Below are positions 22,028-34,123 of a stretch of DNA of 64,000 nucleotides, one piece after another. The DNA is taken from contig OY969763.1 in NCBI GenBank assembly GCA_963702845.1, positions 2,144,001 to 2,208,000 of the forward strand, written 5' to 3'. The DNA comes from an uncultured Verrucomicrobiae bacterium (GTDB lineage: Bacteria; Verrucomicrobiota; Verrucomicrobiia; Limisphaerales; Palsa-1400). The notes below the pieces were generated by a model. That model searched no databases, was not told the DNA's origin, and saw only the letters and a program-made list of their open reading frames with translations. The position numbers and the translations under genes are program-made. Numbering within the stretch: the first letter of the stretch is position 1; each line of letters opens with the position of its first letter.

Positions 22028-23346
22028 ACGAGATCCTTTGCCAATCTGATTCCCGTGAACTGCCATCGGGCGTCGGGTGGGAAAAAGTTTCGGTAGGTGC
22101 GACGGATATGCCATTGAGAGGTGGCGCAAGAACCGCCCCGCAGAACGTATTGGTTGCACATGAATTTGCCGTTGTACTCACCGAGCGCGCCGGGTGCAGT
22201 AGTATATCCCGGATATGGCGAGTAGCTGCTTTGTGTCCATTCCCAAACATCGCCGAACATCTGGGCGGGTTTGTCCGGCAGAGTCGGTGAAGTGAGAGGC
22301 GCTACGTGGAACTTTTCGCTTTCGACAAAATTGCCTTTGAGCGGCAATCCTGAAGAGGCGGTTTCCCATTCTTGCTCACTCGGCAAACGTGCTCCAACCC
22401 ACCGCGCGTAGGCGTCCGCTTCGAACAGACTGACGTGGCAAACGGGTTCCTCAAGGATCAATTCCGTCATGCCTGCCAGTGTCATCGTAAACCATTTGTC
22501 GTCGCGCTTTTCCCAGTAGAGTGGTGAATCCCAGTGTTTTTCGTTTACCGTATTCCATCCGAGAGAAAGCCACAGCTCTGGACGGCGATAACCGCCATCT
22601 TCGATAAACGCGAGAAACTCAGCGTTGGTGACCAACCTTGATCCAAGGCTGAAGGATGGAATGAAAACACGGTGCCGCGGACGTTCATTGTCGAAGCTGA
22701 ATTCGGAGCCTTCGTGTCCTATCGAGTAAAGGCCCTCTTGGAAATTAAACCACTGCGTTGGTGGCACGGGTGAACTCTTCACTGCAGCGCGCTTCCGAAA
22801 GACTGGCCTGAGTGGATTTTGCCAAAATACGTTTTTGATATCGGTCAACATCAACTCCTGGTGTTGCTGTTCGTGGTGCAGGCCAAGAATTACGATCGGT
22901 TCGAGCTTTTCCAGAAGATGTCCGTCGGCTGACTCAATCAATTCGGAAACGAGGAGGTCAATATCGGAGCGATAACAAAATGTCTCTTTGACCGTGGGGC
23001 GGGAAATCAGACCGCGGTGCGGGCGGGAATAAAAGGGACCGACCGCGTTGTAATAGGAATTGAATAAGAAATTGTATTGGGGATGGTTTGATTGGTAATC
23101 AGGGGAGAATCGTTTCAACACGAATGTCTCAAAAAACCAACTAGTGTGAGCGAGGTGCCATTTTGTCGGGCTGGCCTCCGGCATGGTTTGGATCACGCAA
23201 TCTTCGGGTTCCAAAGTTTCGCACAGCTTTTCTGAAAATTGTCGAACGAAACGGAACCGTCGCCCCAACTCAGACTTCGACCGTTGAATGGTTTCGTTCA
23301 CCCGGTCTGTAGCAGCAGACGGCGATGCTTCGGCAAGTGTGTTCAT
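22024..23346 (-). CDS. egtB: Ergothioneine sulfoxide synthase
   Basis: SPTKWHLAHTSWFFETF, HHEQQHQELMLTD, FGE-like C-terminal domain with GEYNGKFM. Confidence 0.95.
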   Translation of the reverse strand: MNTLAEASPSAATDRVNETIQRSKSELGRRFRFVRQFSEKLCETLEPEDCVIQTMPEASPTKWHLAHTSWFFETFVLKRFSPDYQSNHPQYNFLFNSYYNAVGPFYSRPHRGLISRPTVKETFCYRSDIDLLVSELIESADGHLLEKLEPIVILGLHHEQQHQELMLTDIKNVFWQNPLRPVFRKRAAVKSSPVPPTQWFNFQEGLYSIGHEGSEFSFDNERPRHRVFIPSFSLGSRLVTNAEFLAFIEDGGYRRPELWLSLGWNTVNEKHWDSPLYWEKRDDKWFTMTLAGMTELILEEPVCHVSLFEADAYARWVGARLPSEQEWETASSGLPLKGNFVESEKFHVAPLTSPTLPDKPAQMFGDVWEWTQSSYSPYPGYTTAPGALGEYNGKFMCNQYVLRGGSCATSQWHIRRTYRNFFPPDARWQFTGIRLAKDLV

Positions 23347-23555
23347 TTCAGTTGTTTTTCAACGCTATTTCAAAGCTGACTTGGTGCAACCTCGACCGGA
23401 GGGCAGGGGAATCTCGCAATTGGACAGCGTGTTTTTCCTTGGGCCGATTGCTAAAACCGCCGGACCGACAACAAAAAAAGCGGACAGCGTTTTGCACACG
23501 ATTCGCGCTGAAGAATTTGTTTCAACGTCGCTTGATTAGGAAAGCGCAGTTAATC

Positions 23556-24792
23556 ATGATCTCGATGAGAATGGCCCGAATTGCGCGCAGTTTGTTTCTT
23601 AGCATTTTTGTGGCGGTCAGCCCGTTGTGGGCGGGAACGTTCGTGAATCCGATTGTCGGCGATGGCGCGGACCCGTGGGTGGTGTTTCAGAATGGCTATT
23701 ACTATTTTACCGACACAACCGGATGGGACGTGGAAATTCGACGGGCGACGAGATTGGCAGGCACAAACGGGATCGGAAACGCGGTCCTCGTGTCGTCGTT
23801 CGTGCCGCCTGCTCCGTATAACAAAGAAGTCTGGGCTCCGGAACTGCACTACATTCAAGGCGTCGCTTATATCTACTACGCAGCGGACGATGGCACTAAT
23901 GCGAATCATCGGATGTTTGCCGCAGTGCAACACGGCCAGACGTCGACGTTTGATTTTCTTGGGAAGGTTTACGACTCAACGACGGATCGGTGGGCGATTG
24001 ATGGCACAGTGTTCGAGGCTGACAATGGTGCGTTGTATTTCATTTGGTCGGGCTGGCCGGGATCGGTCGATGGCCTGCAGAATTTGTATATCGCGCCGAT
24101 GAGTAACCCGTGGACGATCAGCGGGCCGCGGGTATTGCTATCAACACCGCAGCTATCATGGGAGAGCTGGATCCAGGAAGGTCCGACGATCTTGAAACGG
24201 AACGGAAAAGTCTTCCTGGTCTATGCGGCGAACAAATCATGGACCGACAATGAATGTCTGGGAATGCTGGTCAACAGCGATGGCAATTTTCTTAAACCCA
24301 GTTCGTGGACCAAGTTGACTCAACCTGTTTTCAAGACGATCACAAGCACCAACGGGTCGGTTTACGGTCCCGGTCACTGCAGTTTCTCGCAATCGCTGGA
24401 CGGGACGGAAGACTGGATCTTTTATCATGGAGCGAAGACGAGCGGGTCGGGTTGGAGTCGGAATGTGCGCATGCAGAAATTCATGTGGGATTCCAGCGGC
24501 TACCCGAATTTCGGCCAGCCGATCCCGGCAGGTATCGCGATTAATAATCCTGCCGGCGATGATTATACAGCGGCGCTAATCAGTTCGTTCGCGGCGACTA
24601 CTAATAATCAATTTCTGATGAATGCGAGAGCGCCGCTGCCGTTGTTGACTAACAAATGGGCGATTCAATCCTCGAGCGACTTTAAGAGCTGGACCTTAAT
24701 TTCAAATGTTGCGGGGACACAGGTACACGGCGCAAATCATCGGCAGTCGCAGCGGATCGAACGTTTTTTATCGTGTCAAAAGTTTGCGATAG
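23556..24792 (+). CDS. Secreted GH43 glycoside hydrolase; frameshift near 24720 hides the real C-terminus
   Basis: GADPWV, WAPELH, WAIDG, IQEGP, GPGH; shifted frame ends ...GSNVFYRVKSLR*. Confidence 0.85.
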
Positions 24793-24997
24793 CGGACGAC
24801 GCTTTCACGCTGTCCGCCTTGTGGAATTCAGTCATCATCGAGAGGTCGACGGACTTCGGGGATGAAGTCTGCGTCGGCTTTGGTCGCGCACATCGGCGGG
24901 TAAAGACAGATGGTGAAGCCCGGCGAGGCTGTTCAATCGAATTAACATCGACGATTAAAATCTGCTGATGACACCTGTTTGGATTTTCCGCTGTCAA

Positions 24998-25041
24998 GTG
25001 TCACAGCCTTGTCATGGCTTCGTCATAGGTTTGTCACAATC
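24998..25041 (+). promoter_or_regulatory. Four 11-bp direct repeats (PhoB/OmpR-type box)
   Basis: GTGTCACAGCC TTGTCATGGCT TCGTCATAGGT TTGTCACAATC. Confidence 0.6.
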
Positions 25042-25059
25042 GTATGTAATGGTTGCGTG

Positions 25060-25377
25060 TTCTTTCTCGAGAACCTCTTGCCGGGCGATCCATTGGTTGA
25101 TGCAAAACAGACAACGACCGATTTAGGGCAGCCGAGTAGTTCGGCGAATCGCGTTGCGGCGCGTCACTACGGCGTCGGTAATCTCACATTTGTGGATGGG
25201 CACTCGCAGGCCTACAAGGGCAAGCAAGTGGTGCAAACACAGAGCGGCCCCGGCGAAGGTGGCACAATTCTTCCACAAACCGACATTATTTGGACCCAGG
25301 ATACCGAGTTCAACGCCATAACGATTCTTAACGCAAACGAAAAAGGCGGACAGCGCTTTTACGCTATCCGCCTTTGA
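25060..25377 (+). pseudogene. C-terminal fragment of a prepilin-type H-X9-DG-CTERM protein
   Basis: ARHYGVGNLTFVDGH motif; no N-terminal prepilin cleavage motif upstream; left boundary approximate. Confidence 0.6.
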
Positions 25378-25392
25378 GGAATTCAGTTGCGA

Positions 25393-26739
25393 TTAAGCGG
25401 TCGCCAGTGCGAGGTCGAGGACTTCCAGGATGAAGTCGGCATCTGCCTTCGTGATGCACATCGGCGGAGCGAAGCGGATGGTGTGACCCCAGAGGCCGCC
25501 TTTGCCGAGCAACAGGCCGAGGTCGCGGGCGCGTTCGACGATCGCTCCACATTCGGCTGAAGCAGGTTCTTTGGTCGTGCGATCTTTGACGAGTTCGATA
25601 GCCGAGCATCAAACCTTTGCCGCGGACGTCGCCGATGATGTTGTGCTTCTGCTGCAGCTTTTGCGAGACCGGCGAGGATGTGGTTGCCCATGTTGAGGGC
25701 GTTTTCCTGCAGGTTTTCTTTTTCGATGACTTCGAGGACGGCTTTGCCCATCGCGCAAACGACGGGGTTGCCGCCGAAGGTGTTGAAGTGAATTCGCTTT
25801 GCGAGCACTTCGGCGATCTTCGGCGTCGTGACGACTGCGGCGAGCGGGCAGCCGTTGCCGATGCCTTTGGCCATGGTGACGATGTCAGGGATGACGCCCT
25901 GGGTTTCGAAGCCCCAGAAATGCGTGCCGGTGCGGCCGAAGCCAGCCTGGACTTCGTCGGCAATGGTGACGCCGCCTGCGGCGCGGACGTGTTCGTAAGC
26001 GTTCTTGAGGTAGCCGTCAGGGAAGACGACGCAACCGCCGACGCCTTGGATGGATTCGGCGATGAAGCCGGCGACGTTGCCCGAGGTGGCGAAGTCGATG
26101 ACGCTCTTGACGTCCGCGGCGTATTTTTTGCCGGCGTCAGGATCGTTGCGGCCGTACGGTCCGCGATAGGGATCGGGAGCGATGGCGTGATGGACGCCGA
26201 AGGCGTGCGGGAAATTAAATTTCCAGGTGCGATGCGACGTGAGGGCCATGGCGGACATGTTGCCGCCGTGGTAGCAATTGCGCAGCGCGATCATGTCGTT
26301 GTTGCCAGTGTAAAGCTTGCGCCATCATGACGGCGAGGTCGTTGGCTTCGGAACCGGAGTTGACGAAGTAGGCGACCTTCAAGTCACCGGGCATCTTCGA
26401 CGTCAGCTTTTCGGCGAACTCGACGATGTTCGGGTGCAGATAAATCGTGGTGGAATGTTGCAGGGTTTCGTTCTGCTTGTTGGCTGCGGCGACGACGTGC
26501 GGGTGGCAGTGGCCGACGCGAAATCGTGACGATGCCGCCGAGCGCGTCGAGATAGCGGCGGCCGTTTTCGTCGAAAATGTATTGGCCTTTGCCTTCGACG
26601 ATGCATCATCGGCTTCTTGTAGTAGATGAAAATGCCGGGATTGAGGACTTGTTTGCGGCGGCGCAGGACGTTCGTCAGTGCCAGGGCCGGTATATTTTTG
26701 CGGAGTGTAGTTGAACGGCGGCAGAGTGGGTGTTTGCAT
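25393..26739 (-). CDS. Class III aminotransferase (AGXT2/beta-alanine-pyruvate-like), several frameshifts
   Basis: [48 protein letters not shown] spread over different frames. Confidence 0.85.
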
Positions 26740-26784
26740 AAATTCTCCTATTTCAAAATTTCAAAAACTGCAGATTACAAAGGT

Positions 26785-28318
26785 TTAGTTTCTTACTCCT
26801 AGCTCCGCTGGTTTGGAGCTGCTTGCAGTTGCCGGGGATGGACTGATTATGCGCGCGCCGAGGTAGACCACAAACGCGATCGCGAATCCAACAAACCATG
26901 CATAACTATAAAGGTCATGAAGATAGGGTTTATGGAGTCGACGGGCAAGACTTTGATGGTAGCGAGGAAGCCGGGCAGGTTCGGCAAAATTGCGACAATT
27001 AGCGCAATTATTGCGGCGAAGGCTGAAGCCGCCGGTGAATCGGTATTCGCCGTGTTCGTCGTAGAGTGCGGGCAGGTTGAGTTTGCACCGGCGATAGACG
27101 AAATAATCGGCAATCAAGATGCCGCCGATGGGGCCAAGCAACGCGCTGTAGCCGATGAGCCAGGTGAAGATGTAACCGGTTGGATCGGCGACGAGCTTCC
27201 AGGGCATCATCAGGATGCCGACAAAACCAGTGATGTAACCGCCGACGCGGAATGAGATTTTTCTCGGCGCGAGGTTTGCGAAGTCGTTGGCGGGGCTGAC
27301 GACGTTGGCGGCGATGTTGGTCGCGAGGGTCGCGACGCAGAGGGAAAGCATAGCGATGACGAGGACGGCTGGATTGTTGAAGCGGGTTAGGACATCAACC
27401 GGATCCCAGATGGCTTTGCCGAAGATGACGATGGTCGCTGAAGTCACGGCGGCGCCAATGAAGGAGTAGAGGGCCATGGTGGCGGGCAGGCCGATGGCTT
27501 GGCCAAGGACTTGATCTTTCTGGGTGCGCGCGTAGCGGGAGAAATCCGGAATGTTCAGCGAGAGCGTCGCCCAGAAACCGATGTTGCCGGTGAGCGCGGG
27601 CACGAAGAATTTCCAGAATTGGCCCGCTTTCGGTTGGCCGGGCGCGAACGCGGAGGGTTGCGAGAGCATCGGGCCGAAGCCGCCAGCGGTTGTTGTAAGC
27701 CCACCAGAGCAATGCGAGGCCGAGGACAATGAGCAACGGCGCTTTGATTTCGAGCAGAATGCGGATGCAGTCAATGCCTTTGTAGATGACCCACATGTTG
27801 ATACCCCAGAAGACGAGGAAGCAGATGAATTGCGGCGAAGGTGATGCCGAGCGCGTTGTGGGCTCGCGTAGCCCATGGCGGGGAAAAACACGGAAAGGAT
27901 TTTGTGAATGGCGGCGCCGCCGATCCAGGCCTGGATTCCAAACCAGCCGCAGGCGACGAGTGCGCGCAAGAGGGCAGGGACGTTGGCGCCGACAGTGCCG
28001 AAGGCGGCGCGGCAGTAAACAGGGAAGGGGATGCCGTAGTGCGTTCCGGCGTGGGCGTTGAGCACCATCGGGATGAGCACGATGAGGTTGGCCAGGAAGA
28101 TGGTGAGAATTGCTTCGGCACCAATTCATTCCGCCGCCGATGAGCGAAGAGGCGAGCATGTAGGTTGGGATGCAGGCGGACATGGAAATCCAGAGCGCGG
28201 CAAAATTCCAGACGCGCCATTTGCGGCGGTCCTCGGGCACTGGGGCGAGGTCGTGGTTGTAGAGGCTGCTTTGCTGCAAAGTAGCGATCTGCTCAGCGTT
28301 TAACGACGCAGAATTCAT
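26785..28318 (-). CDS. NCS1 nucleobase:cation symporter, several frameshifts
   Basis: LYNHDLAP, YGIPFPV, FWATLSLNIPDFSRY, NIAANVVSPA, MPWKL. Confidence 0.88.
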
Positions 28319-28483
28319 ATGTTGGAAAGTGGGCAAAGTATCGGAAACACGGGTGAATTGTCCATCCTTGCATGCGGCGTCGACTAAGATTCACCTGCGT
28401 CGAAATTGTGTTTCACGGGAAAGTAAGGGGTGAAATTTTAACGCGAAGATTCGCAGGGGCCAAGAAGTTGAAATGTGGAGCTG

Positions 28484-28848
28484 TTACAGCTTGGTCAATA
28501 TCTCCTGGCGCTTGGCTTGGAATTCGGCTTCGGAAATGAGGTTGCGTCGCTTTAGGTCTTCGAGTTGTTGAAGACGGTCGCGCGGGGGGGGTTGTTTTCG
28601 TTGCTGTCTTCAGCTTCGATGATTGTGGTGGGTATTCCTTTTTTACCGAAGGCGTTTGCGCCGTGGTAAATCATTATTCCGATGAGCGCGACGAACCAGA
28701 CGACCATGAATGCTACAGCGACGCCCGGCATTTTTCCGTCTCTCGTAGCGGATGTGAGAAATACGATACCGAATATGAACATGAAGATTCCGACGATCAA
28801 TGCCATTGCTGACAGCTTTGGACTCGGCCTGGATGTGTATCGTTTCAT
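28484..28848 (-). CDS. Small 2-TM protein with C-terminal SHOCT-like domain; frameshift at a G homopolymer near 28585
   Basis: Two hydrophobic helices; shifted frame reads DLKRRNLISEAEFQAKRQEILTKL*. Confidence 0.65.
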
Positions 28849-28928
28849 GATGTGATCCAACGAAAGTGTTAGCACTTTAGGACGTGGTGCAAAGGAAAAG
28901 TTTGGAACGAGAATCTAGAAAGTCCCGT

Positions 28929-29663
28929 TCAGTCGTGATGGTGTTCGTGAGTGGCGGGAGCGTTGGTTGGGGCAGGGCCTTCGCGGAATTCAGGGTGGCG
29001 GATGCGGCCGCCAGCCCTGGAAATCCAACTGCCAAGGCCGAAGCAGATGATGGCGCAGATTAGAACGATCAAAGCAGATGCGTTGCCGATAGTGGTGAGT
29101 TGTTTGCGCGCAGGTGGTGCGATGGTTCGAGTTTCGGTGCGTGGTGGAGGTGTTGCGTTCGTGGGTGTTGGTTCGGTTGGTTTCGTAGCAGTGGCTATTG
29201 ATTGCGCTCTTGAGAACTTTGGCACGACGAGCGCGATTATGCTCAACACGGCAGTCGCATAAAATGCCCATGCAAAACTCTCGGCTCGGTCCATGTGGAT
29301 GTCGGCCCATTTCTTGGTAGTGGCATCGAGATCCATATAAAGGTGGTTGTAGCCGTTTTGGCCGTAATGAACGACGGCCCAGACGATGCCGGTGCAGAAC
29401 AGAATGACAACGAGACCGACATTGCGTGTTACGATGCTGCGCAGTAGTAAACCGGCGAGGAGGACGACGATGCCGATAATCAATCCATAGGTCGGGAGTG
29501 GATTAATGAGAACGTGAACGTATTCAGGGGAGAAACCGAATAGACCTTGGGTGTTGTCCATCTCGTGCGCCAGGACGGGCAGGGTCGCGAGAAGCAACGT
29601 AATGCATATAAGAAACAGTTTTTTCACAACGTTGTCGCGGTGTTTGAAACAACGTGGGCTCAA
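28929..29663 (-). CDS. Hypothetical membrane protein with conserved-looking His residues
   Basis: Signal peptide, 4 TM segments, YVHVLINP and GGRIRHPEFR; start probably a few codons downstream. Confidence 0.65.
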   Translation of the reverse strand: MSPRCFKHRDNVVKKLFLICITLLLATLPVLAHEMDNTQGLFGFSPEYVHVLINPLPTYGLIIGIVVLLAGLLLRSIVTRNVGLVVILFCTGIVWAVVHYGQNGYNHLYMDLDATTKKWADIHMDRAESFAWAFYATAVLSIIALVVPKFSRAQSIATATKPTEPTPTNATPPPRTETRTIAPPARKQLTTIGNASALIVLICAIICFGLGSWISRAGGRIRHPEFREGPAPTNAPATHEHHHD

Positions 29664-29791
29664 ATAATGTGGCCATCAAATCAGGAATGGGATGATTGTG
29701 CGATGGACGGTTCCTCTATTGGGTATTGAGCGCGGATGGGGCAGGGGAGAGTGAAACTTCAAAATCCAACCCGAACGTCGGGCTCGCACAC

Positions 29792-29881
29792 CAAACTTCA
29801 GAGAAACGCCAATCTTCAAACCGCAAATGCCTGCTTGATACCGGCTTGGAATTTTAGAGCTTGGAGTTTCTCTGGATTTTG
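29792..29881. repeat. Imperfect long inverted repeat (MITE/REP-like)
   Basis: CAAACTTCAGAGAAACGCCAATCTTCAA ... TTAGAGCTTGGAGTTTCTCTGGATTTTG. Confidence 0.5.
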
Positions 29882-29965
29882 AGGTTCAAATTTCCCTTTC
29901 CGCCCGCCCACATCGCCCGTATGTTCTGCAACCCGACATTTGGATGTCGGAATATAGTTATTTAG

Positions 29966-31760
29966 ATGGATATAGCGCACATTAGAAATTTCAGCATCAT
30001 TGCCCATATCGATCATGGGAAGACGACGCTTTCGGACCGCCTTTTGCATAAAACCGGCACTATTGCGACTCGCAACATGGCTGACCAGTTGCTCGACTCG
30101 ATGGACCTCGAGCGGGAGCGGGGAATCACGATCAAAGCGCATCCGGTCACGATGTTGTACAAGGCCAAAAACGGTGAGGAATACGAACTGAATCTGATCG
30201 ATACTCCCGGCCACGTCGATTTCACTTATGAAGTCTCGCGCAGCTTGAGCGCTTGCGAAGGCGCGATCCTGATTATCGATGCCGCGCAAGGTGTCGAAGC
30301 CCAGACCGTCGCGAATGTCCATCTCGCGACGAAGCAAAATCTGACGATCATCCCGGTCATCAACAAAATCGATTTGCCGCACGCGAACGTCGCGCTAGAC
30401 CAAACAGCAGCTCGAGGATATTCTGACGATCTCGGCCGAATACCGCCATCCTGGCCAGCGCCAAAGAAGGCATCGGCATCGAAGAAATTCTGGAAGCGAT
30501 CGTCGCGCGTGTTCCGCGCCGAAACCGACCGGCGCTGTTTCGATGCAGGGGCTTTGTTTCGATTCCTATTTCGATACCTACAAAGGTGTGGTCACGCACG
30601 TGCGCGTTTTCAACGGCGAACTCAAGGCCGGCATGGACATCAAACTGCTCCAGACCGGCAAATCGTATCAGATCAAAGAAGTCGGCAGTTTCAATCCGAA
30701 GCCTTACGTCCGCGAGAAACTTGAAGTCGGCGAAACGGGCTATTTCACCGCGAACATCAAGACGCCGAAGGACGTCAAGATGGGCGACACGATGACTGAA
30801 GCGCGCAATCCATCGCCGCATGTTGCCGGGTTTCAAAGAAATTCATCCGATGGTGTTCAGCGGTATTTATCCGATCAACACCGCCGACTACGAACATCTC
30901 AAGGCCAACATGGCCAAGCTGCAGCTCAACGATTCCGCGTTCGTTTACCAAAACGAAAGCTCCGTGGCGCTCGGTTTCGGTTTCCGTTGCGGTTTTCTCG
31001 GGTTGCTTCATTTGGAAATCGTCCAGGAACGTCTCCGTCGCGAATACGACATGGACATCATCGCGACATATCCGAGCGTCGTTTACAAGGTGACGTTGAC
31101 GGATGGCACGGTGAAGGAAATCGATAATCCGGCGTTTTTGCCCGAGGTCAATTACATCGAGAAAATCGAAGAGCCGATGGTTTGGGCGTTCATCATTTGT
31201 CCGAATGAATACATCGGCGACATGATGTCTTTGATCGCGGAAAAACGCGGCACGGCCGATCATACGGAAACTTTGGATCTCAAAGCGCGTCATGATCACC
31301 ACGTTCGTTGCCGCTCAACGAAATTCTGATCGATTTCCATGACCGCATCAAAAGCATCACGCGCGGTTTCGGTTCGATGGATTACGAGCATGCCGGCTAC
31401 ATGCCTTCGGACATGGTGAAGCTGGATATGCTGGTGAACGACGAATCGGTCGATGCGTTTTCCAGCATCGTGCATCGCAGCAAAGCCGAGTGCAGGGGAC
31501 GTGCACTGGCCGCGAAGCTCAAGGAAGTTATTCCCAAGCAGCAATACCAGGTGGCCATCCAGGCGGCGATCGGCGGGAAAATTGTCGCGCGCGAAACCGT
31601 CAGCGCCATGCGCAAAGACGTCACCGCAAAATGTTACGGCGGCGATATCACGCGTAAACGCAAACTGCTCGAGAAACAAAAAGAAGGCAAAAAACGCATG
31701 AAAGCCTTCGGCTCGGTGAATATTCCACAAGAAGCATTCATCGAGGTGCTCAAGGCTTAA
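29966..31760 (+). CDS. lepA: Elongation factor 4 LepA, broken by about four frameshifts
   Basis: [62 protein letters not shown]. Confidence 0.95.
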
Positions 31761-31794
31761 CTCATCAACGGTCACTAATCACTCATCACTACTC

Positions 31795-33011
31795 ATGAGA
31801 CTCCGCTGGTTTCTATCAAGCACAGTGCGCGAAGCTTCGGACCTGACCAAACATGTCTGCAAGCTACTCAATGCACAACGCGACATCCTCCCGGCAGCAG
31901 CCGTCGAGGCCGTCGAAGCGTCATTGAAGGAGACTCGCACGGCGCTCAAAACTGCCGATGACACCGCGACGATTCGCGCGGCCGCGGCACAGTTGGAAAC
32001 CACCGCTAATAAATGGCTCAAGCCCTACCCGAACGCTGTTTGGCGCGAGAATATCGAAGTGTTTCTCGTTGCGATTGTCATCGCGATGGGTATCCGCACG
32101 TTTTTCCTGCAGCCGTTCAAGATCCCGACCGGCTCGATGCAGCCGACATTGTTCGGCATGACTGTTAAAAACGTTGCCGACGATCCAAATTTCAAAATGC
32201 CCGGCATTGGTGGCCGAGTTGCCGATGCATTGTTGCGCGGACAATTTTATCACGAATGGATTGCCGAAGCGGACGGTGAAGTCGTCGGAATTAGCGCACC
32301 GCAACACGTCAGCATGTTCATCAACAAGCGCCAGGTCGCGGTCCAATACGCCGGGCAATCACAGCCAACGGTCAAGACGTTTTGGTTTACGCCCGAAGAT
32401 ATCGGTTCCGGTCGAGATCCATTTACGATCGAACAAACCGAGGACGGTCGGGCGCGCTATATATTATATCCGCACCAAACGTTCCACAAAGGCGACCCCA
32501 TCGTGCGCTTGATCGATACCACTGGCGACCATCTGTTCGTCGATCGTTTAACCTACAATTTCCGCAAACCAAAACGTGGCGAAATTATTGTTTTTAAAAC
32601 CAAAGGCATCGAAGGTTTGGACCAATCGCAGTTTTATATCAAGCGCCTGGTTGGGCTTCCGAACGAAAAACTCAGCATTTGCTGAACAATCGCGGCCACG
32701 GCACGCCTGCATCAATGGCAAGCCGTTGACCGCTGCACGATCCGCATTTCGAAAACGTTTATGCCTTCAATCCTAAAATGCCGCCTGAAGAAAGCCACTA
32801 TTCGGGTCACATTTTGCAACCGCGTTCCAGGCTCCAAACGCCCGACGATTCAATCGAGGTGCGTCCGGATCATTACGCAGTTTTTGGTGACAACACCGCC
32901 AATAGTTTGGATTCCCGTTACTGGGGCGACTTTCCGCAAGAAAATGTCATCGGAAAATCGTGGTTTGTTTATTGGCCAATCGGGCCGCGATTCGGCTGGG
33001 GTCAGCGATAG
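31795..33011 (+). CDS. lepB: Signal peptidase I, frameshifted near 32680-32750
   Basis: PFKIPTGSMQPTL, YIKRLVGLP, GDNTANSLDSRYWG; follows lepA. Confidence 0.92.
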
Positions 33012-33128
33012 AATTAACAGCCTTATCTGCAAATAACGGGAACCAACCAAACCGGCTCAAACCCACTAAAAACAGGAATTCGAGTTCACCCGAGGATGCT
33101 ATCTATTTTCGCACAATGTTTGTTATAT

Positions 33129-33986
33129 TTACTTCGTCTGAGGTGCATGTCCCCTTGTGGCTATTGGTTTGAATCTGGTTCGGTCATGGTTCGACCGGTT
33201 GTTGCGTTGCCTGGTGAATCGGATTGAACGCATTGCGCCGTGTTCCGCTAACGTCGCGAAGACGTCTGAATACTGGCGATGCTCGGCCAGCGAATAACGC
33301 CGTTTGACCATGCTCGTCGGCGTCATTGATGCGAGCGCCGTGCATCCAACAGCAATTCGACGGTTTCTTTATCACCAACCATGGCGGCACCCATCAACGG
33401 CGTATAACCAAACGGAACGCCGGCTGCGGCGTTGACGCGGCGCTTTATTGGCGACAAGGATTTCCATAACGCATGTATAATTGGCATCGGCAGGTTTGGC
33501 CTCCCACGGAGTGTGCAACGCCGTCCAGCCGTAGCGATCGAAGCGGCTGGGATTCGCACCGCTTTTGATGAGCAGGGTGACTGTTTGCGGACGACGCGCC
33601 CATGCGGCGAGCATCAGCGGTGTTTGGCTGGCCGAATTCTGCAGGTCTGCATTCGTCGATTTGTGCAGAAGCAACTCAATGACGTTGTTGAAGCCGTTTT
33701 GAGCGGCGACGTGCAATGGCGTATTTCCGTGTCTGAGCAGGGCTCCTTTGGTGGGATTGGCGCCGTGATCTAGCAATTCTTGAACGGTGTCGGCATCGCC
33801 GTTTTCAGCTGCGATGAAGAGCGGGGTGCGTCCGCGGGAATCTCTGGTATCAACTTTTGCGCCCTGTTGCAGAAGCGTTGCGACTTTGTTTTTATCGCCT
33901 TTCAGAACGGCTTGATGAAGTGGCGAATTGGAAGCACATCCTTGAACAATTAATGCGAGCGCCAGAACGGCGGGCCAAAATCTCAT
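33129..33986 (-). CDS. Ankyrin-repeat lipoprotein, frameshifted 3' part
   Basis: Lipobox VQGC; SPLHQA, GRTPLFIAA, GNTPLHVAA, QTPLMLAA, GYTPLMGAA; 3' end approximate. Confidence 0.8.
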
Positions 33987-33997
33987 AGTGAAATGAA

Positions 33998-34072
33998 TGG
34001 TGGGCGATGAGGGATTCGAACCCCCGACCAACAGCGTGTAAAGCTGCTGCGCTACCGCTGCGCTAATCGCCC
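33998..34072 (-). tRNA. tRNA-Val (TAC)
   Basis: Minus strand GGGCGATTAGCGCAGCGGTAGCGCAGCAGCTTTACACGCTGTTGGTCGGGGGTTCGAATCCCTCATCGCCCACCA: cloverleaf, TTCGAA T-loop, encoded CCA. Confidence 0.95.
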
Positions 34073-34123
34073 ACGACGAGAAATGTTACGGGCAGTCGCC
34101 TTCAGTGCAACACGATTAGTCCC

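Noticed and set aside
29966..33011. lepA/lepB as pseudogenes or programmed frameshifts
   Set aside because: Too many indels across neighbouring unrelated genes; sequencing error is simpler.
33998..34072. tRNA-Val as an island integration site
   Set aside because: No duplicated tRNA 3' end or integrase found in the window.
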